DNA from: an uncultured Chromatiales bacterium
GTDB taxonomy: Bacteria; Pseudomonadota; Gammaproteobacteria; Poriferisulfidales; Poriferisulfidaceae
Assembly: GCA_964602805.1 (NCBI GenBank)
Contig: CAZRSJ010000005.1
Span: forward strand, 1 to 63,103
DNA length: 63,103 bases
Direction: 5' to 3'
Part shown: piece after piece, positions 1 to 8,753 of the stretch
How positions within the stretch are numbered: position 1 is the first letter of the stretch
Layout of the letters: each line of letters starts with the position of its first letter
Translations under genes and position numbers: made by a program
The notes under the pieces: model-generated
The model's input: the letters and a program-made list of their open reading frames with translations, nothing else
What the model was told of the DNA's origin: nothing
The model's database searches: none

Positions 1-2
1 AT

Positions 3-386
3 TTTAACAGAAGTTCCCGGTTCCCTCTACTCTCTGGTGAGAAATCCAGGCTAGGCTGTGAACTTTTGGCCGTCGCAATCAACCTCACGGCTATCTTTTC
101 CTTCATCAAGAACAAAACCACGATCAATCCGGTGAAACCCCATACTGCGACCTCGTTGGTGACTTCCGGAGCGTTTAAATTTTCCCGGAACCCCATGTAT
201 CTGGGGCTGCTGCTGTTCCTTTTCGGTTTTGCGCTTCAGGTCAACATCATCGGGGGAATTCCCTTGTTGATTCTTTTCGTTCTCTACCTGAACGCGTTTC
301 AAATCCTCCCCGAGGAGCGTGCCATGCTGGAAGTTTTTGGAGATGAATACCGGGAATATATGAAAAAAGTCAGAAGGTGGATATAG
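3..386 (+). CDS. isoprenylcysteine carboxyl methyltransferase / phospholipid methyltransferase-family membrane protein, 5'-truncated by window edge
   Basis: ORF 66..386 ends with family-typical motifs (FKFSRNPMYLG, LPEERAMLEVFGDEYREYMKKVRRWI). The frame stays open back to nt 3, so the true start is probably outside the window. Confidence 0.65.
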   Translation, partial: FNRSSRFPLLSGEKSRLGCELLAVAINLTAIFSFIKNKTTINPVKPHTATSLVTSGAFKFSRNPMYLGLLLFLFGFALQVNIIGGIPLLILFVLYLNAFQILPEERAMLEVFGDEYREYMKKVRRWI

Positions 387-398
387 GGTGAAAGCCTT

Positions 399-1082
399 TT
401 AGGGCGACGGCACATACTCCCAGCTTTCGGACTGTTCTGCCGCAGCAGTTCTCTCCTCATCGGTCATCTCTTCTTCTATGCCCCGGATCAAATCTCGGAT
501 CTCCTTCCGCGTGATCGCACACTGCGCATGGCTCGTTTCGCGATAAAGCGTCCGGGAATCCGTATCACATGCCTCGATCATCTTGAATTCCGAGAGTTTC
601 CGTACATTGTCGGCAAGCAACCAAGCGCGGATAATGTCGTAGCGTACGCCGCTGCCTTTCCAATAGTGATGGGCAAGAAAATAGCGGGCGGCCAAAGCAT
701 CGTCCCACTGCCGGAAGAACCCGCGCCGGTCGGACAACCCGATCAGAATCGCAAGACCCATGCCGTCCCGTTCGGCAAACTGGGCCGCCGCCTTCCGGTA
801 CCAGTCGACCGCCACCGCATCATCCTGCGCCACGCCTTCGCCTAGATCGTGGAACATGCCCATCCGCAACTGCGCCCACGGGAATCCTTTTTCCGCAGCC
901 TCCCGGGCAATCGCCAGCGCCGACTCCATCTCGTCCTCGCGCCACAGGATATCGACCTCCGCCTCGCCAGGGTTGGCTTCCAGCGCCCGCGCAGGCGCCT
1001 CCATGACTCCGGCGGTGCAACCAGCCGCGAGTGACGCCCAAAGCATCAGGAGGATTGTTCGGGATCCTGGAAACGCGGACAT
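399..1082 (-). CDS. Sel1-like repeat lipoprotein
   Basis: N-terminal signal with lipobox (SLAAGC). Sel1/TPR-like repeat signatures (GFPWAQLRMGMFHDLGEGVAQDDAVAVDWYRKAAAQ). Confidence 0.6.
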   Translation of the reverse strand: MSAFPGSRTILLMLWASLAAGCTAGVMEAPARALEANPGEAEVDILWREDEMESALAIAREAAEKGFPWAQLRMGMFHDLGEGVAQDDAVAVDWYRKAAAQFAERDGMGLAILIGLSDRRGFFRQWDDALAARYFLAHHYWKGSGVRYDIIRAWLLADNVRKLSEFKMIEACDTDSRTLYRETSHAQCAITRKEIRDLIRGIEEEMTDEERTAAAEQSESWEYVPSP

Positions 1083-1121
1083 GGTTGTTCGGGCAGGAAA
1101 TGCCCGGGGCCGAATGGAGGG

Positions 1122-1550
1122 CTAGCTCCGGTAAGCCTGTTCGATGGCTTCTTGCCGGTTCTTCTCTTCTGCGCTGAATGCGGCAGTGGGGCGAAGCAGC
1201 AAACGTTCGATCCCGATCGGCGCGCCGGTCGCCTCGCAATAACCGTAAGAGCCGTCTTCGATCCGGCGAAGTGCTTCTTCAATCTTCGGCAACAACTTCG
1301 AGTCCCGGTTGAGCGCGCGCACCTTCAGGTTGATGTCTTCCTCGACAGAGGCGCGATCCAGCTCATCGCATTCCCGGTGCTCTTCGGACAACTCCGCCTT
1401 GGCGCGTTCCAGCCGAACGCCCAATTCCTTGCGCAGATCAAGCAGGCGTTGCCGGAAGAATTCCAGCTGCTCGCCGTTCATGTAATCCTTGCGCGGCGCA
1501 CGAAGCAGTTGCTTTTCAGTAAGCATTTTCAAGACTCTTCCCGTGCTCAT
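1122..1550 (-). CDS. dksA: RNA polymerase-binding transcription factor DksA (zinc-finger cysteines mostly absent)
   Basis: 142 aa. The coiled-coil region with acidic tip context and the C-terminal YGYCEATGAPIGIERLLLRPTAAF align to E. coli DksA [25 protein letters not shown]. Confidence 0.85.
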   Translation of the reverse strand: MSTGRVLKMLTEKQLLRAPRKDYMNGEQLEFFRQRLLDLRKELGVRLERAKAELSEEHRECDELDRASVEEDINLKVRALNRDSKLLPKIEEALRRIEDGSYGYCEATGAPIGIERLLLRPTAAFSAEEKNRQEAIEQAYRS

Positions 1551-1630
1551 GAAATCAATAGTTTTATAGCCGGTGTCTATTTTACTTGTTGCCGCGGTCC
1601 GCGCAAAATTCCTCCCGGCGGAGAAGTCTC

Positions 1631-2203
1631 TCAGGCTACCGCCTCTGTTCCCTGAGGCCGCAGCAGCGAAGCTTCCACTTCCATGCGCACCTCGTGCCCC
1701 TCAAGCCTTTCGATCAGGGCTAGCGCGAAGTCCATGGCCGTGCCGGGACCACGCGAGGTGATGACCGGGCCGTCGACCTCCACCGGTGAACCGGTAAACA
1801 CGACTTCGCCGTAATCTTCCGCATTGATGCAACCCGGGTAGCAGGTCGCCTTGCGTCCGTCCAGCAAGCGGCTGCTTGCCAGGACTTTCGGAGCCGCGCA
1901 GATTGCCGCCACGGCACGGTCCTGATCTACTTGGCTTCGAAGCAATTCGTGAATGCGGGGATCCGCATCCAGGTAATCAGCCCCGGGCAGACCGCCGGGG
2001 AGCACCACCATATCGAAGGTTTCGCCCATCGCCTCGTCCAGCGTCGTGTCCGGGACAAGCCGGGTCCCGCGCGAGGCCGTGACCGCGCCATCACCCAGGC
2101 CAGCAGTGACGACTTCGATCCCCGCACGGCGAAGAAGGTCGATCAGGGTAACCGCTTCAAGTTCTTCGCAACCGTCCGCCAGCGGAATCAGGACCCGGCT
2201 CAT
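1631..2203 (-). CDS. DJ-1/PfpI family protein (YajL/ThiJ-like)
   Basis: 190 aa. Nucleophile-elbow motif AAICAAP and overall DJ-1 pattern. 4-nt overlap with the upstream ctpA stop. Confidence 0.8.
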   Translation of the reverse strand: MSRVLIPLADGCEELEAVTLIDLLRRAGIEVVTAGLGDGAVTASRGTRLVPDTTLDEAMGETFDMVVLPGGLPGADYLDADPRIHELLRSQVDQDRAVAAICAAPKVLASSRLLDGRKATCYPGCINAEDYGEVVFTGSPVEVDGPVITSRGPGTAMDFALALIERLEGHEVRMEVEASLLRPQGTEAVA

Positions 2204-3492
2204 TGGGAGCGGGCCTCCTGATTGGCTTGTCTCAATTTGCCGTACTTGAGCAACTCGAGCGCGGCCTGCACCTGATTGTCATCAAGGATTGCTTTTCGAA
2301 TTGATTGGTTCGAGTTTTCCGATTCGTCTTTCTCCGGCGCGACGAACTCCACCTCGTAGTCCGGCTCGATCCCCTTCTCATGGATCGTCTGTCCGGACGG
2401 CGTGTAGTAGCGCGCCGTGGTCAACTTGAGTGCAGCATTCTGATTGTTCAGCGGCACCAGAGTCTGCACCGATCCCTTGCCGAATGTTTGCGTGCCGAGC
2501 AGCTTCGCCCGACCGTTGTCCCGCAAGGCACCAGCCACGATTTCGGAAGCCGAGGCCGACCCCCCGTTGATCAGCACGACGACCGGCACTCCACCCGTCT
2601 GGTCGCCGCTGCCGGCGTGTTCCTGAACATTCGACTTCTCCGTGCGCCCTCGGGTGGAAACGATCAATTGCTTGTGACTTAAGAAGGCATCCGAAATCTC
2701 GATTGCCGCGGTGAACAACCCTCCCGGATTGTTGCGAAGATCCAGGACGATCCCTTGCAGTTCATGATCCGATTCGTCCTGCAACTGTTCCAGCTGATCC
2801 ATGAAATCAGCGCTGGTGCGGAGCTGGAAGTTGCTGATTCGGAGGTAGGCATAACCGGGTTCCAGAACCTGCCTGCGCACGCTCTGCACTTTAATGATGG
2901 CCCGCGTGATCTCCACCTCGAAGGGCTCCTCGGCATCCTCGCGGGAAACGGTCAGGGTAATGGTGGTCCCGGGCTTTCCACGCATGATCTGCACGGCATC
3001 ATGCAGGGTCAGGTCGTGCACCGGCTCCCCGTCCAGTTCCAAGATCATGTCGCCGCTGAGGATTCCTGCGCGCTGGGCCGGCGTGTCGTCAATCGGCGAG
3101 ACGACCTTGACCGCGCTGTCGTCCTTGTCCTTGGTGACCACGATGCCGAGTCCGCCGAACTCCCCGGAAGTCGTGACCTCCCAATCGTCCAGTTCTTCAC
3201 GGTCTAGGTAAGTCGTGTAAGGGTCGAGCTTGGAGGCCATGCCGCGCATGGCGTTGCGCATCAGGGTGCTATCGTCGACTTCATCGACGTACTGGCGCTT
3301 GATCAGCGCAAAGGCCTCGGAAAAGTTGCGCAGTTCCTGCAGCGAGACGGATGCCTGACCGTCCGGCTTCGCGATAACTGCATGACCCAATGCGCCTGCA
3401 ACCACCAGCAACAGGGCCGAAATTAGCAGTCCAGAAGGGGGAATTTTGGGCATAATTCCTGAAAAAATGGCGGAAAAGGCATTGTAGAGCAA
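2200..3492 (-). CDS. ctpA: carboxy-terminal processing protease (S41 family, PDZ domain)
   Basis: 430 aa. N-terminal membrane anchor, PDZ region (GGLGIVV...SPIDDTPAQRAGILSGDMILELDG), S41 catalytic region (GGSASASEIVAGAL ... FGKGSVQ). Confidence 0.9.
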   Translation of the reverse strand: MLYNAFSAIFSGIMPKIPPSGLLISALLLVVAGALGHAVIAKPDGQASVSLQELRNFSEAFALIKRQYVDEVDDSTLMRNAMRGMASKLDPYTTYLDREELDDWEVTTSGEFGGLGIVVTKDKDDSAVKVVSPIDDTPAQRAGILSGDMILELDGEPVHDLTLHDAVQIMRGKPGTTITLTVSREDAEEPFEVEITRAIIKVQSVRRQVLEPGYAYLRISNFQLRTSADFMDQLEQLQDESDHELQGIVLDLRNNPGGLFTAAIEISDAFLSHKQLIVSTRGRTEKSNVQEHAGSGDQTGGVPVVVLINGGSASASEIVAGALRDNGRAKLLGTQTFGKGSVQTLVPLNNQNAALKLTTARYYTPSGQTIHEKGIEPDYEVEFVAPEKDESENSNQSIRKAILDDNQVQAALELLKYGKLRQANQEARSQ

Positions 3493-3596
3493 TACTTGAA
3501 TGCGTCAAACCTCAACTTACCGGCCTCAAGCGATAGGGAAAGCCGGTTACAGGCCGGGATGGCGGCCTGAAACCAACATAAAACTAATGGTATGTT

Positions 3597-3623
3597 CGAA
3601 TTTTCTAATGTTAGAATGTTTCG
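3597..3623. promoter_or_regulatory. imperfect 12-2-13 inverted repeat, candidate ArsR/SmtB operator
   Basis: cgaattttctaa-tg-ttagaatgtttcg with a perfect core TTCTAA(3603-3608)/TTAGAA(3611-3616). It lies immediately upstream of the arsR-family start at 3627. Confidence 0.4.
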
Positions 3624-3626
3624 GCC

Positions 3627-3953
3627 ATGGCTGCCCGGATCCCCGTGCCCGAATCCCTGCATGCGCTTGACGACGATATCGAACGCGCCTGCCACGCGGT
3701 CAAGGGGCTTTCGCATCCGATCCGACTCAAAGTCCTCTGCGTGCTGGGCGACAACGAAATGTCGGTCAACGACCTGGCGGCCGCCTGCGAAACCTCGCAA
3801 AGCAATATCTCGCAGCACCTGAGCATCCTTCGGCAATGCGGCATCCTGGCCACCCGCAAGGAGGCCAACTTCGTGCACTACCGGATCAACGATCCGCGCA
3901 TGATCCAGTTGATGAACCTGATGCGTGACATGTTCTGTTCGCAGGCACACTGA
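3627..3953 (+). CDS. ArsR/SmtB family transcriptional regulator
   Basis: 108 aa. HTH signature HPIRLKVLCVLGDNEMSVNDLAAACETSQSNISQHLSILRQCGIL. Confidence 0.85.
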   Translation: MAARIPVPESLHALDDDIERACHAVKGLSHPIRLKVLCVLGDNEMSVNDLAAACETSQSNISQHLSILRQCGILATRKEANFVHYRINDPRMIQLMNLMRDMFCSQAH

Positions 3954-3964
3954 ACATCGACTAA

Positions 3965-4390
3965 ATGCAGGAATACATAGACTTCGCGATGCGCCACCCG
4001 TTCCTGATGGGAGCGGTCTCGGCGTTGATCGTCATGATCGCGGTGACCGAAATGCGCCGCCTGACGCGTCGATACAAGGAGATCACCGCCGCGCAGGCCG
4101 TGCAGCTGATGAACCGGGAGTCGGCATGGATGCTGGACGTGCGGGAAGACCAGGAAGTCAAGGACGGCATGATCCCGAATTCCCAGCGGATCGCGCTCAG
4201 CGAACTGCCGAACCGTATCGGGGAGCTGAAAGGACAGGAAGGGCCGGTGATCGCCTACTGCCGGACCGGGATGCAGGCGCATCGAGCCTGCAAGATGCTG
4301 GTGCGGGAGGGGTTGGACCCCGTCTACAACCTGAAAGGCGGGATCGGCGGCTGGCAGGAAGCCGGAATGCCGCTGGAGGCCAGTCCGTGA
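3965..4390 (+). CDS. membrane-anchored rhodanese-domain sulfurtransferase
   Basis: 141 aa. N-terminal TM helix. Rhodanese active-site loop AYCRTGMQA followed by LKGGIGGWQEAG. Confidence 0.8.
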   Translation: MQEYIDFAMRHPFLMGAVSALIVMIAVTEMRRLTRRYKEITAAQAVQLMNRESAWMLDVREDQEVKDGMIPNSQRIALSELPNRIGELKGQEGPVIAYCRTGMQAHRACKMLVREGLDPVYNLKGGIGGWQEAGMPLEASP

Positions 4391-4659
4391 CTCCGCCCGA
4401 AGTCGTGCTTTACACGGGCCCTGCCTGCCCGTACTGCGACCGCGCCAAGATGCTGCTGGAACGCAAGGGGGTCTCCTACCAGGAAATCCGCGTGGATCGG
4501 GACCCCGGGGAATTCTCCACCATGCTGGAGCGTAGCGGCGGACGCCGGTCCGTGCCGCAAATTTTCATCGGGGACTACCATGTGGGCGGTTTCGACGACA
4601 TGTCCGCGCTCAACCTGGAAGGCAAGCTGGATCCGCTGCTGGCCGGAGAACCGGCGTGA
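4387..4659 (+). CDS. grxC: glutaredoxin 3
   Basis: Tail of ORF 3925..4659. GTG at 4387 overlaps the rhodanese stop. CPYC active site (LYTGPACPYCDRAK) and VPQIFIGDYHVGGFDD. Confidence 0.85.
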   Translation: MTPPEVVLYTGPACPYCDRAKMLLERKGVSYQEIRVDRDPGEFSTMLERSGGRRSVPQIFIGDYHVGGFDDMSALNLEGKLDPLLAGEPA

Positions 4660-5183
4660 CGAAGAAATCCGCCTCCCTCTCCGGCAAAGGCGCAACCCGG
4701 GCGAGACGCATGCAATTCGTGGAACACCACGGCAGCTCGACTTTCGCGGTCGAGCATATCTGCCTGCGCCACGCCGAGTTCAAGACGGTGCGCGAACCCG
4801 GGGAACTTGTTGAGGGTCAGTTCGAAACCAAGGCGCGGATCAGCAATGAGACGGTCTCGCTGGATGACGACCGCCATTCGGTCTCCCTGATCGTCAACGT
4901 GACGCGGCTGGAGGATGAGACAGAGGTATTCAGCTGCGAGGTCTGCTATACCGGCGTTTTCCTGATCCAGGGCTTGTCCGATGAGAAGGGCCATGAACTG
5001 CTGATGACCCGGTGCCTGGACATGCTCTACCCGTACATCAGTTCGACGATCGCGCAACTGGCAAGCCAAGCCGGTTTCCAAGGCCTGCAACTCGTTCCCA
5101 TCAGTTTCGGGGCGTTGTACCGGAGCGAGCAGCGCGAAAAACAACAGTGGGAAGACATCCAGGACAAGGTGGTTCGCCACTGA
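4656..5183 (+). CDS. secB: protein-export chaperone SecB
   Basis: 175 aa with a SecB-like core (FAVEHICLRHAEFK ... CLDMLYPYISSTIAQLASQAGFQGLQLVPISFGALY). Start is uncertain (an internal Met is possible). Conserved rhodanese-grxC-secB-gpsA order. Confidence 0.85.
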   Translation: MTKKSASLSGKGATRARRMQFVEHHGSSTFAVEHICLRHAEFKTVREPGELVEGQFETKARISNETVSLDDDRHSVSLIVNVTRLEDETEVFSCEVCYTGVFLIQGLSDEKGHELLMTRCLDMLYPYISSTIAQLASQAGFQGLQLVPISFGALYRSEQREKQQWEDIQDKVVRH

Positions 5184-5193
5184 CATCCCCGGC

Positions 5194-6186
5194 ATGAAAA
5201 TTTCGATTCTGGGGCAGGGCGCATGGGGCACGGCGCTTGCCTTTCACGTATCCCAGGCTCACGCGGTGCGCTGGTGGGGCCGCGACCCGGCCCGGTGCCA
5301 GACACTGGAAAACACTCGATTGAACGAGGCCGCCCTTCCGGGTTGCGTCATTCCGGATTCCATCCAGATCACGGAGGACATCCAAGCCTGCGTGGAGAGC
5401 TGCGACTGGGTCGTCATGGCCGTACCGGTTGCGGCAATGGCCGAAGTCGCCGCACAGCTGGAACCGGCCTCCCGGTTCGGGCTGATCTGGACCTGTAAGG
5501 GAATGGATCCAGACAGCGGTCGGCTACCCGGTGAGATCTTGGATGACGTCCTGGGTCCGGGAACGCAGCGCGCCGTCCTGTCGGGGCCTTCTTTCGCGGA
5601 CGACCTCGCGGCAGGGCTGCCGGCGGCCGCGGTCATGGCAGCAACAGACCCAGAGGTCGCCGAAGCAGCGGCCACGGTGTTTCATCATGGTCCGTTTCGA
5701 ATCTATCCGGGAACGGACCCGGTCGGTGTCCAACTCGGTGGCGCGGTGAAAAACGTTCTGGCGATCGCCGCCGGCATTGCGCACGGGCTGCGGCTCGGTG
5801 ACAGTGCCCGCGCCGCGTTGATCACCCGCGGCATCAACGAAATGATGGTACTGGGCAAGGCGCTGGGAGCGAATCAATCCACCTTGTCCGGCCTGTCCGG
5901 CTTGGGTGACCTTGTGCTGACTTGCTCCAGTGCCCATTCGCGTAATTTCCGCCTGGGCCAACTGATCGGCGAAGGTCAATCGGTTGAACAGGCCAGCACC
6001 ACGATCGGGCAGGTCACCGAGGGACGGTACACCGCCCTCGCGCTGTCTCGGCTAAGCCAGGATCATGGGCTGGAACTGCCCATCTGCGAACAGGTTCGGC
6101 AGGTACTGGCGGGGGCGATCCGCCCGGCCCAAGCGGTCGAGGCCTTGCTGACACGCCCGGCCAAGTTCGAGGTTCTGCATGCCTGA
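5194..6186 (+). CDS. gpsA: NAD(P)H-dependent glycerol-3-phosphate dehydrogenase
   Basis: 330 aa. N-terminal Rossmann ILGQGAWGTALA. GpsA motifs GAVKNVLAIAAG and TEGRYTA. Confidence 0.92.
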   Translation: MKISILGQGAWGTALAFHVSQAHAVRWWGRDPARCQTLENTRLNEAALPGCVIPDSIQITEDIQACVESCDWVVMAVPVAAMAEVAAQLEPASRFGLIWTCKGMDPDSGRLPGEILDDVLGPGTQRAVLSGPSFADDLAAGLPAAAVMAATDPEVAEAAATVFHHGPFRIYPGTDPVGVQLGGAVKNVLAIAAGIAHGLRLGDSARAALITRGINEMMVLGKALGANQSTLSGLSGLGDLVLTCSSAHSRNFRLGQLIGEGQSVEQASTTIGQVTEGRYTALALSRLSQDHGLELPICEQVRQVLAGAIRPAQAVEALLTRPAKFEVLHA

Positions 6187-7132
6187 CAAAGACCCGCTTT
6201 CCATTGATTTTTCCGGCCTGTCCCTGAAGACTCCCCTGGTCCTGCTCTCGGGCTGCGTCGGTTTCGGCGACGAATACACCCGGGTCGAAGGCTTTTCGCA
6301 CGACGAGATCGGGGCGATTTGTCTCAAGGGAACCACTCTCGAACCCCGCCTAGGCAATCGGCCGCACCGGCTGGCGGAAACCCCGGACGGCCTACTGAAT
6401 TCGATTGGTCTGCAGAACCCCGGCGTGGATGCAGTCATTCGTGATGTGCTGCCAACCTTGGATTTCTCCGCAACCCGTTTCCTCGCCAACGTATCCGGAG
6501 CCACCGTCGAGGAGTACGCCGAGGTCACGCGGCGCTTCGACGACTCTCCGATTGACGGCATCGAGGTCAACATTTCGTGTCCCAACGTCAAGGCCGGCGG
6601 CATGGAATTCGGCAATGACCCGAAAATGTCGGCAGTCGTGGTCGATGCCTGCCGAAAAGCGACCTCCAAGCCGCTGATTATCAAAATGTCGCCAAATCAG
6701 ACCGACATCCGTGCCAATACGCGCGCCTGCCTGGAAGCGGGAGCCGACGCATTCGCGGTCATCAACACGGTCTCCGGCATGGCCATCGACGCCGAGTCCC
6801 GTTCCGCCGTGCTGGGTGCAAAACAGGGAGGATTATCCGGGCCTGCCATCAAACCCATCGCCCTCCTCAAGGTGCATGAGGTCTACCAGGAAACCGCAGC
6901 CCATGGCATTCCGATCATCGGCCAAGGAGGCGTGGTTTCGACAACGGACGCGCTGGAATTTCTGATTGCCGGCGCTTCGGCGGTGGGGGTCGGCACCGGG
7001 CTGTTCTACGACCCGCTGGCCTGCCGTTCGATCAACGAGGGTATCCGCGACTACCTGCTGCGCCACGATCTTGGTTCGGTCGCGGAACTGACCGGCACCC
7101 TGGATTCTAGCGACGCTCAGTCTTCAGAGTAG
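6179..7132 (+). CDS. pyrD: class-1 type dihydroorotate dehydrogenase (catalytic subunit-like)
   Basis: 317 aa. Motifs LNSIGLQNPG, catalytic-Cys loop EVNISCPNV, GGLSGPAIKPIAL, IIGQGGV. 8-nt overlap with gpsA. Confidence 0.8.
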   Translation: MPDKDPLSIDFSGLSLKTPLVLLSGCVGFGDEYTRVEGFSHDEIGAICLKGTTLEPRLGNRPHRLAETPDGLLNSIGLQNPGVDAVIRDVLPTLDFSATRFLANVSGATVEEYAEVTRRFDDSPIDGIEVNISCPNVKAGGMEFGNDPKMSAVVVDACRKATSKPLIIKMSPNQTDIRANTRACLEAGADAFAVINTVSGMAIDAESRSAVLGAKQGGLSGPAIKPIALLKVHEVYQETAAHGIPIIGQGGVVSTTDALEFLIAGASAVGVGTGLFYDPLACRSINEGIRDYLLRHDLGSVAELTGTLDSSDAQSSE

Positions 7133-7977
7133 CCGAGCCGCTCAAGCAGACCCTGCAGCGAATCATCGCTGCTGTAGTGCAGCACCAGATTGCCGCCTTT
7201 TCTCCCGGGACGGAGGGTGACCGGGCACCCCAGATGATCTGACAGCCGTTGCTGGAGGCGCGTCATATCCGGATCCGGCTCCGAAGTGCTGGGAGATTTG
7301 GCTTTCTTGGTTTTCTGCGCCCGGCGCTCTGTCGCCCGAACCGACAAGTCCTCGTCCTGAATGGCTTGCGCCAGTTTTTTCTGGCGTTTGGCCGGCAAGG
7401 GCACCAGGACTCGGGCATGCCCCATGCTGATCTTGCCGTCCCGAACTAGTTGTTGAACTTCCGGGCAAAGTTCGAGCAAGCGAATCAGGTTGGTAACGGT
7501 GGCGCGCGCCCGGCCGACCTGCTCGGCGACTTGCTCATGGGTCTGATCCAGGCGTTCGGCCAACCCGCGTAACGCCTGGGCCTCATCGATGGGATTGAGG
7601 TCTTCCCGCTGGATGTTTTCGATCAGGGTTATCGTCGCAGCCTCGTCGTCGGATAAATCGCGAATGACCGCCGGCAGGGATTCGAGTCCAGCGGCACGAG
7701 CGGCGCGCAGCCTTCGTTCCCCCGCGACCAGTTCGTATTGCCCCCCGACCCGGCGCACCACGACCGGTTGGATCGCGCCACGTTCCTTCAGCGAGGCAGC
7801 CAAAGATTCGATCGCTTGATCGTCGAATTGAGTTCGCGGCTGGTACGGGCTGGTGCGCAACCGATTCAGCGGGATGTCCTGAAGCTCCAAATCGTCGCGT
7901 TCATCGACCGGCTGGGGCCGAGAGCTCAGCAGAGCGTCGACTCCTGCTCCCAAACGGCGTTTGGGGGGATTGCTCAT
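7117..7977 (-). CDS. parB: chromosome partitioning protein ParB
   Basis: Internal Met of ORF 7117..8412 (MSNPPKRRLGAGVDALL). ParB box GERRLRAA and HTH region. ATGA overlap with the parA stop at 7974-7977. Confidence 0.92.
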   Translation of the reverse strand: MSNPPKRRLGAGVDALLSSRPQPVDERDDLELQDIPLNRLRTSPYQPRTQFDDQAIESLAASLKERGAIQPVVVRRVGGQYELVAGERRLRAARAAGLESLPAVIRDLSDDEAATITLIENIQREDLNPIDEAQALRGLAERLDQTHEQVAEQVGRARATVTNLIRLLELCPEVQQLVRDGKISMGHARVLVPLPAKRQKKLAQAIQDEDLSVRATERRAQKTKKAKSPSTSEPDPDMTRLQQRLSDHLGCPVTLRPGRKGGNLVLHYSSDDSLQGLLERLGYSED

Positions 7978-8753
7978 GGGGCGAAACCGGACTCGGAGCG
8001 TTCGCGGCGCAGGATCTCGCCCGCCAACATCAGATATGCAACGGCACCCCGGCTCGATGGATCGTAGGACGAAACCGGCCGTCCGTGACTGGGAGCTTCG
8101 GCCAACGTGACATTGCGAGGGATCATGGTGCGATAAACCTGTTCGCCAAAATGTTCTAAAAGCGCCTCGGAAACTTCGTGGGATAGTTTGTTGCGTGGGT
8201 CGTACATGGTACGCAGGATTCCCGCGATGGCAAGTTTCTGGTTCGCTTGACGGGAAATCTGGGCGATGGTGTCGAGCAAGGCGCTCAACCCCTCCAAAGC
8301 GTAGAACTCGCACTGGGTCGGCACGATCACGCGGTCGGCAACCACCAGGGCGTTGATCGTCAGGATGTTCAACGATGGAGGGCAATCGACGAGAATGTAG
8401 TCGTCCGTACAATCAACCAGCGTCTCACGCAACCGGTACTCGCGCTGGTCTTCGGCCACGAGCCGTACCTCGGCTTCGGTCAGGTCGGGCCCGGCCGGCA
8501 CCAGGTCAAATCCCCCGTGGGGCACGGCCACGCGCACTTCGGCAATCGAGGCACCTTCCAGCAGAACATCCGCGCAGCTTTGCGCTAGGTCGCTCTTGTT
8601 CAAGCCGCAACCGGTCGTGGCATTGCCCTGGGGGTCCAGGTCGACCAGCAAGACTTTTTTGCCGGCAGAGGTCAGCGAAGCCGCCAAGTTGATGGCGGTG
8701 GTGGTTTTACCGACTCCGCCTTTCTGGTTGCAGATGGCGAATACCTGGGTCAT
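7974..8753 (-). CDS. parA: chromosome partitioning ATPase ParA/Soj
   Basis: Internal Met MTQVFAICNQKGGVGKTTTA (deviant Walker A). ATGA overlap with the rsmG stop at 8750-8753. Confidence 0.92.
   Translation of the reverse strand: MTQVFAICNQKGGVGKTTTAINLAASLTSAGKKVLLVDLDPQGNATTGCGLNKSDLAQSCADVLLEGASIAEVRVAVPHGGFDLVPAGPDLTEAEVRLVAEDQREYRLRETLVDCTDDYILVDCPPSLNILTINALVVADRVIVPTQCEFYALEGLSALLDTIAQISRQANQKLAIAGILRTMYDPRNKLSHEVSEALLEHFGEQVYRTMIPRNVTLAEAPSHGRPVSSYDPSSRGAVAYLMLAGEILRRERSESGFAP

Noticed and set aside
7978-8412. N-terminal extension of the ParB ORF (431-aa version); similar extensions occur for XerC (46576-46908), DUF484 (47256-47861), PolA (25248-25514), YidC (14221-14322), DctM (26162-26341) and UbiH (57193-57402)
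   Set aside because: The extensions overlap the upstream gene in another frame and encode R/P/G-rich sequence. The internal starts reproduce the canonical N-termini and form ATGA/GTGA coupling overlaps.
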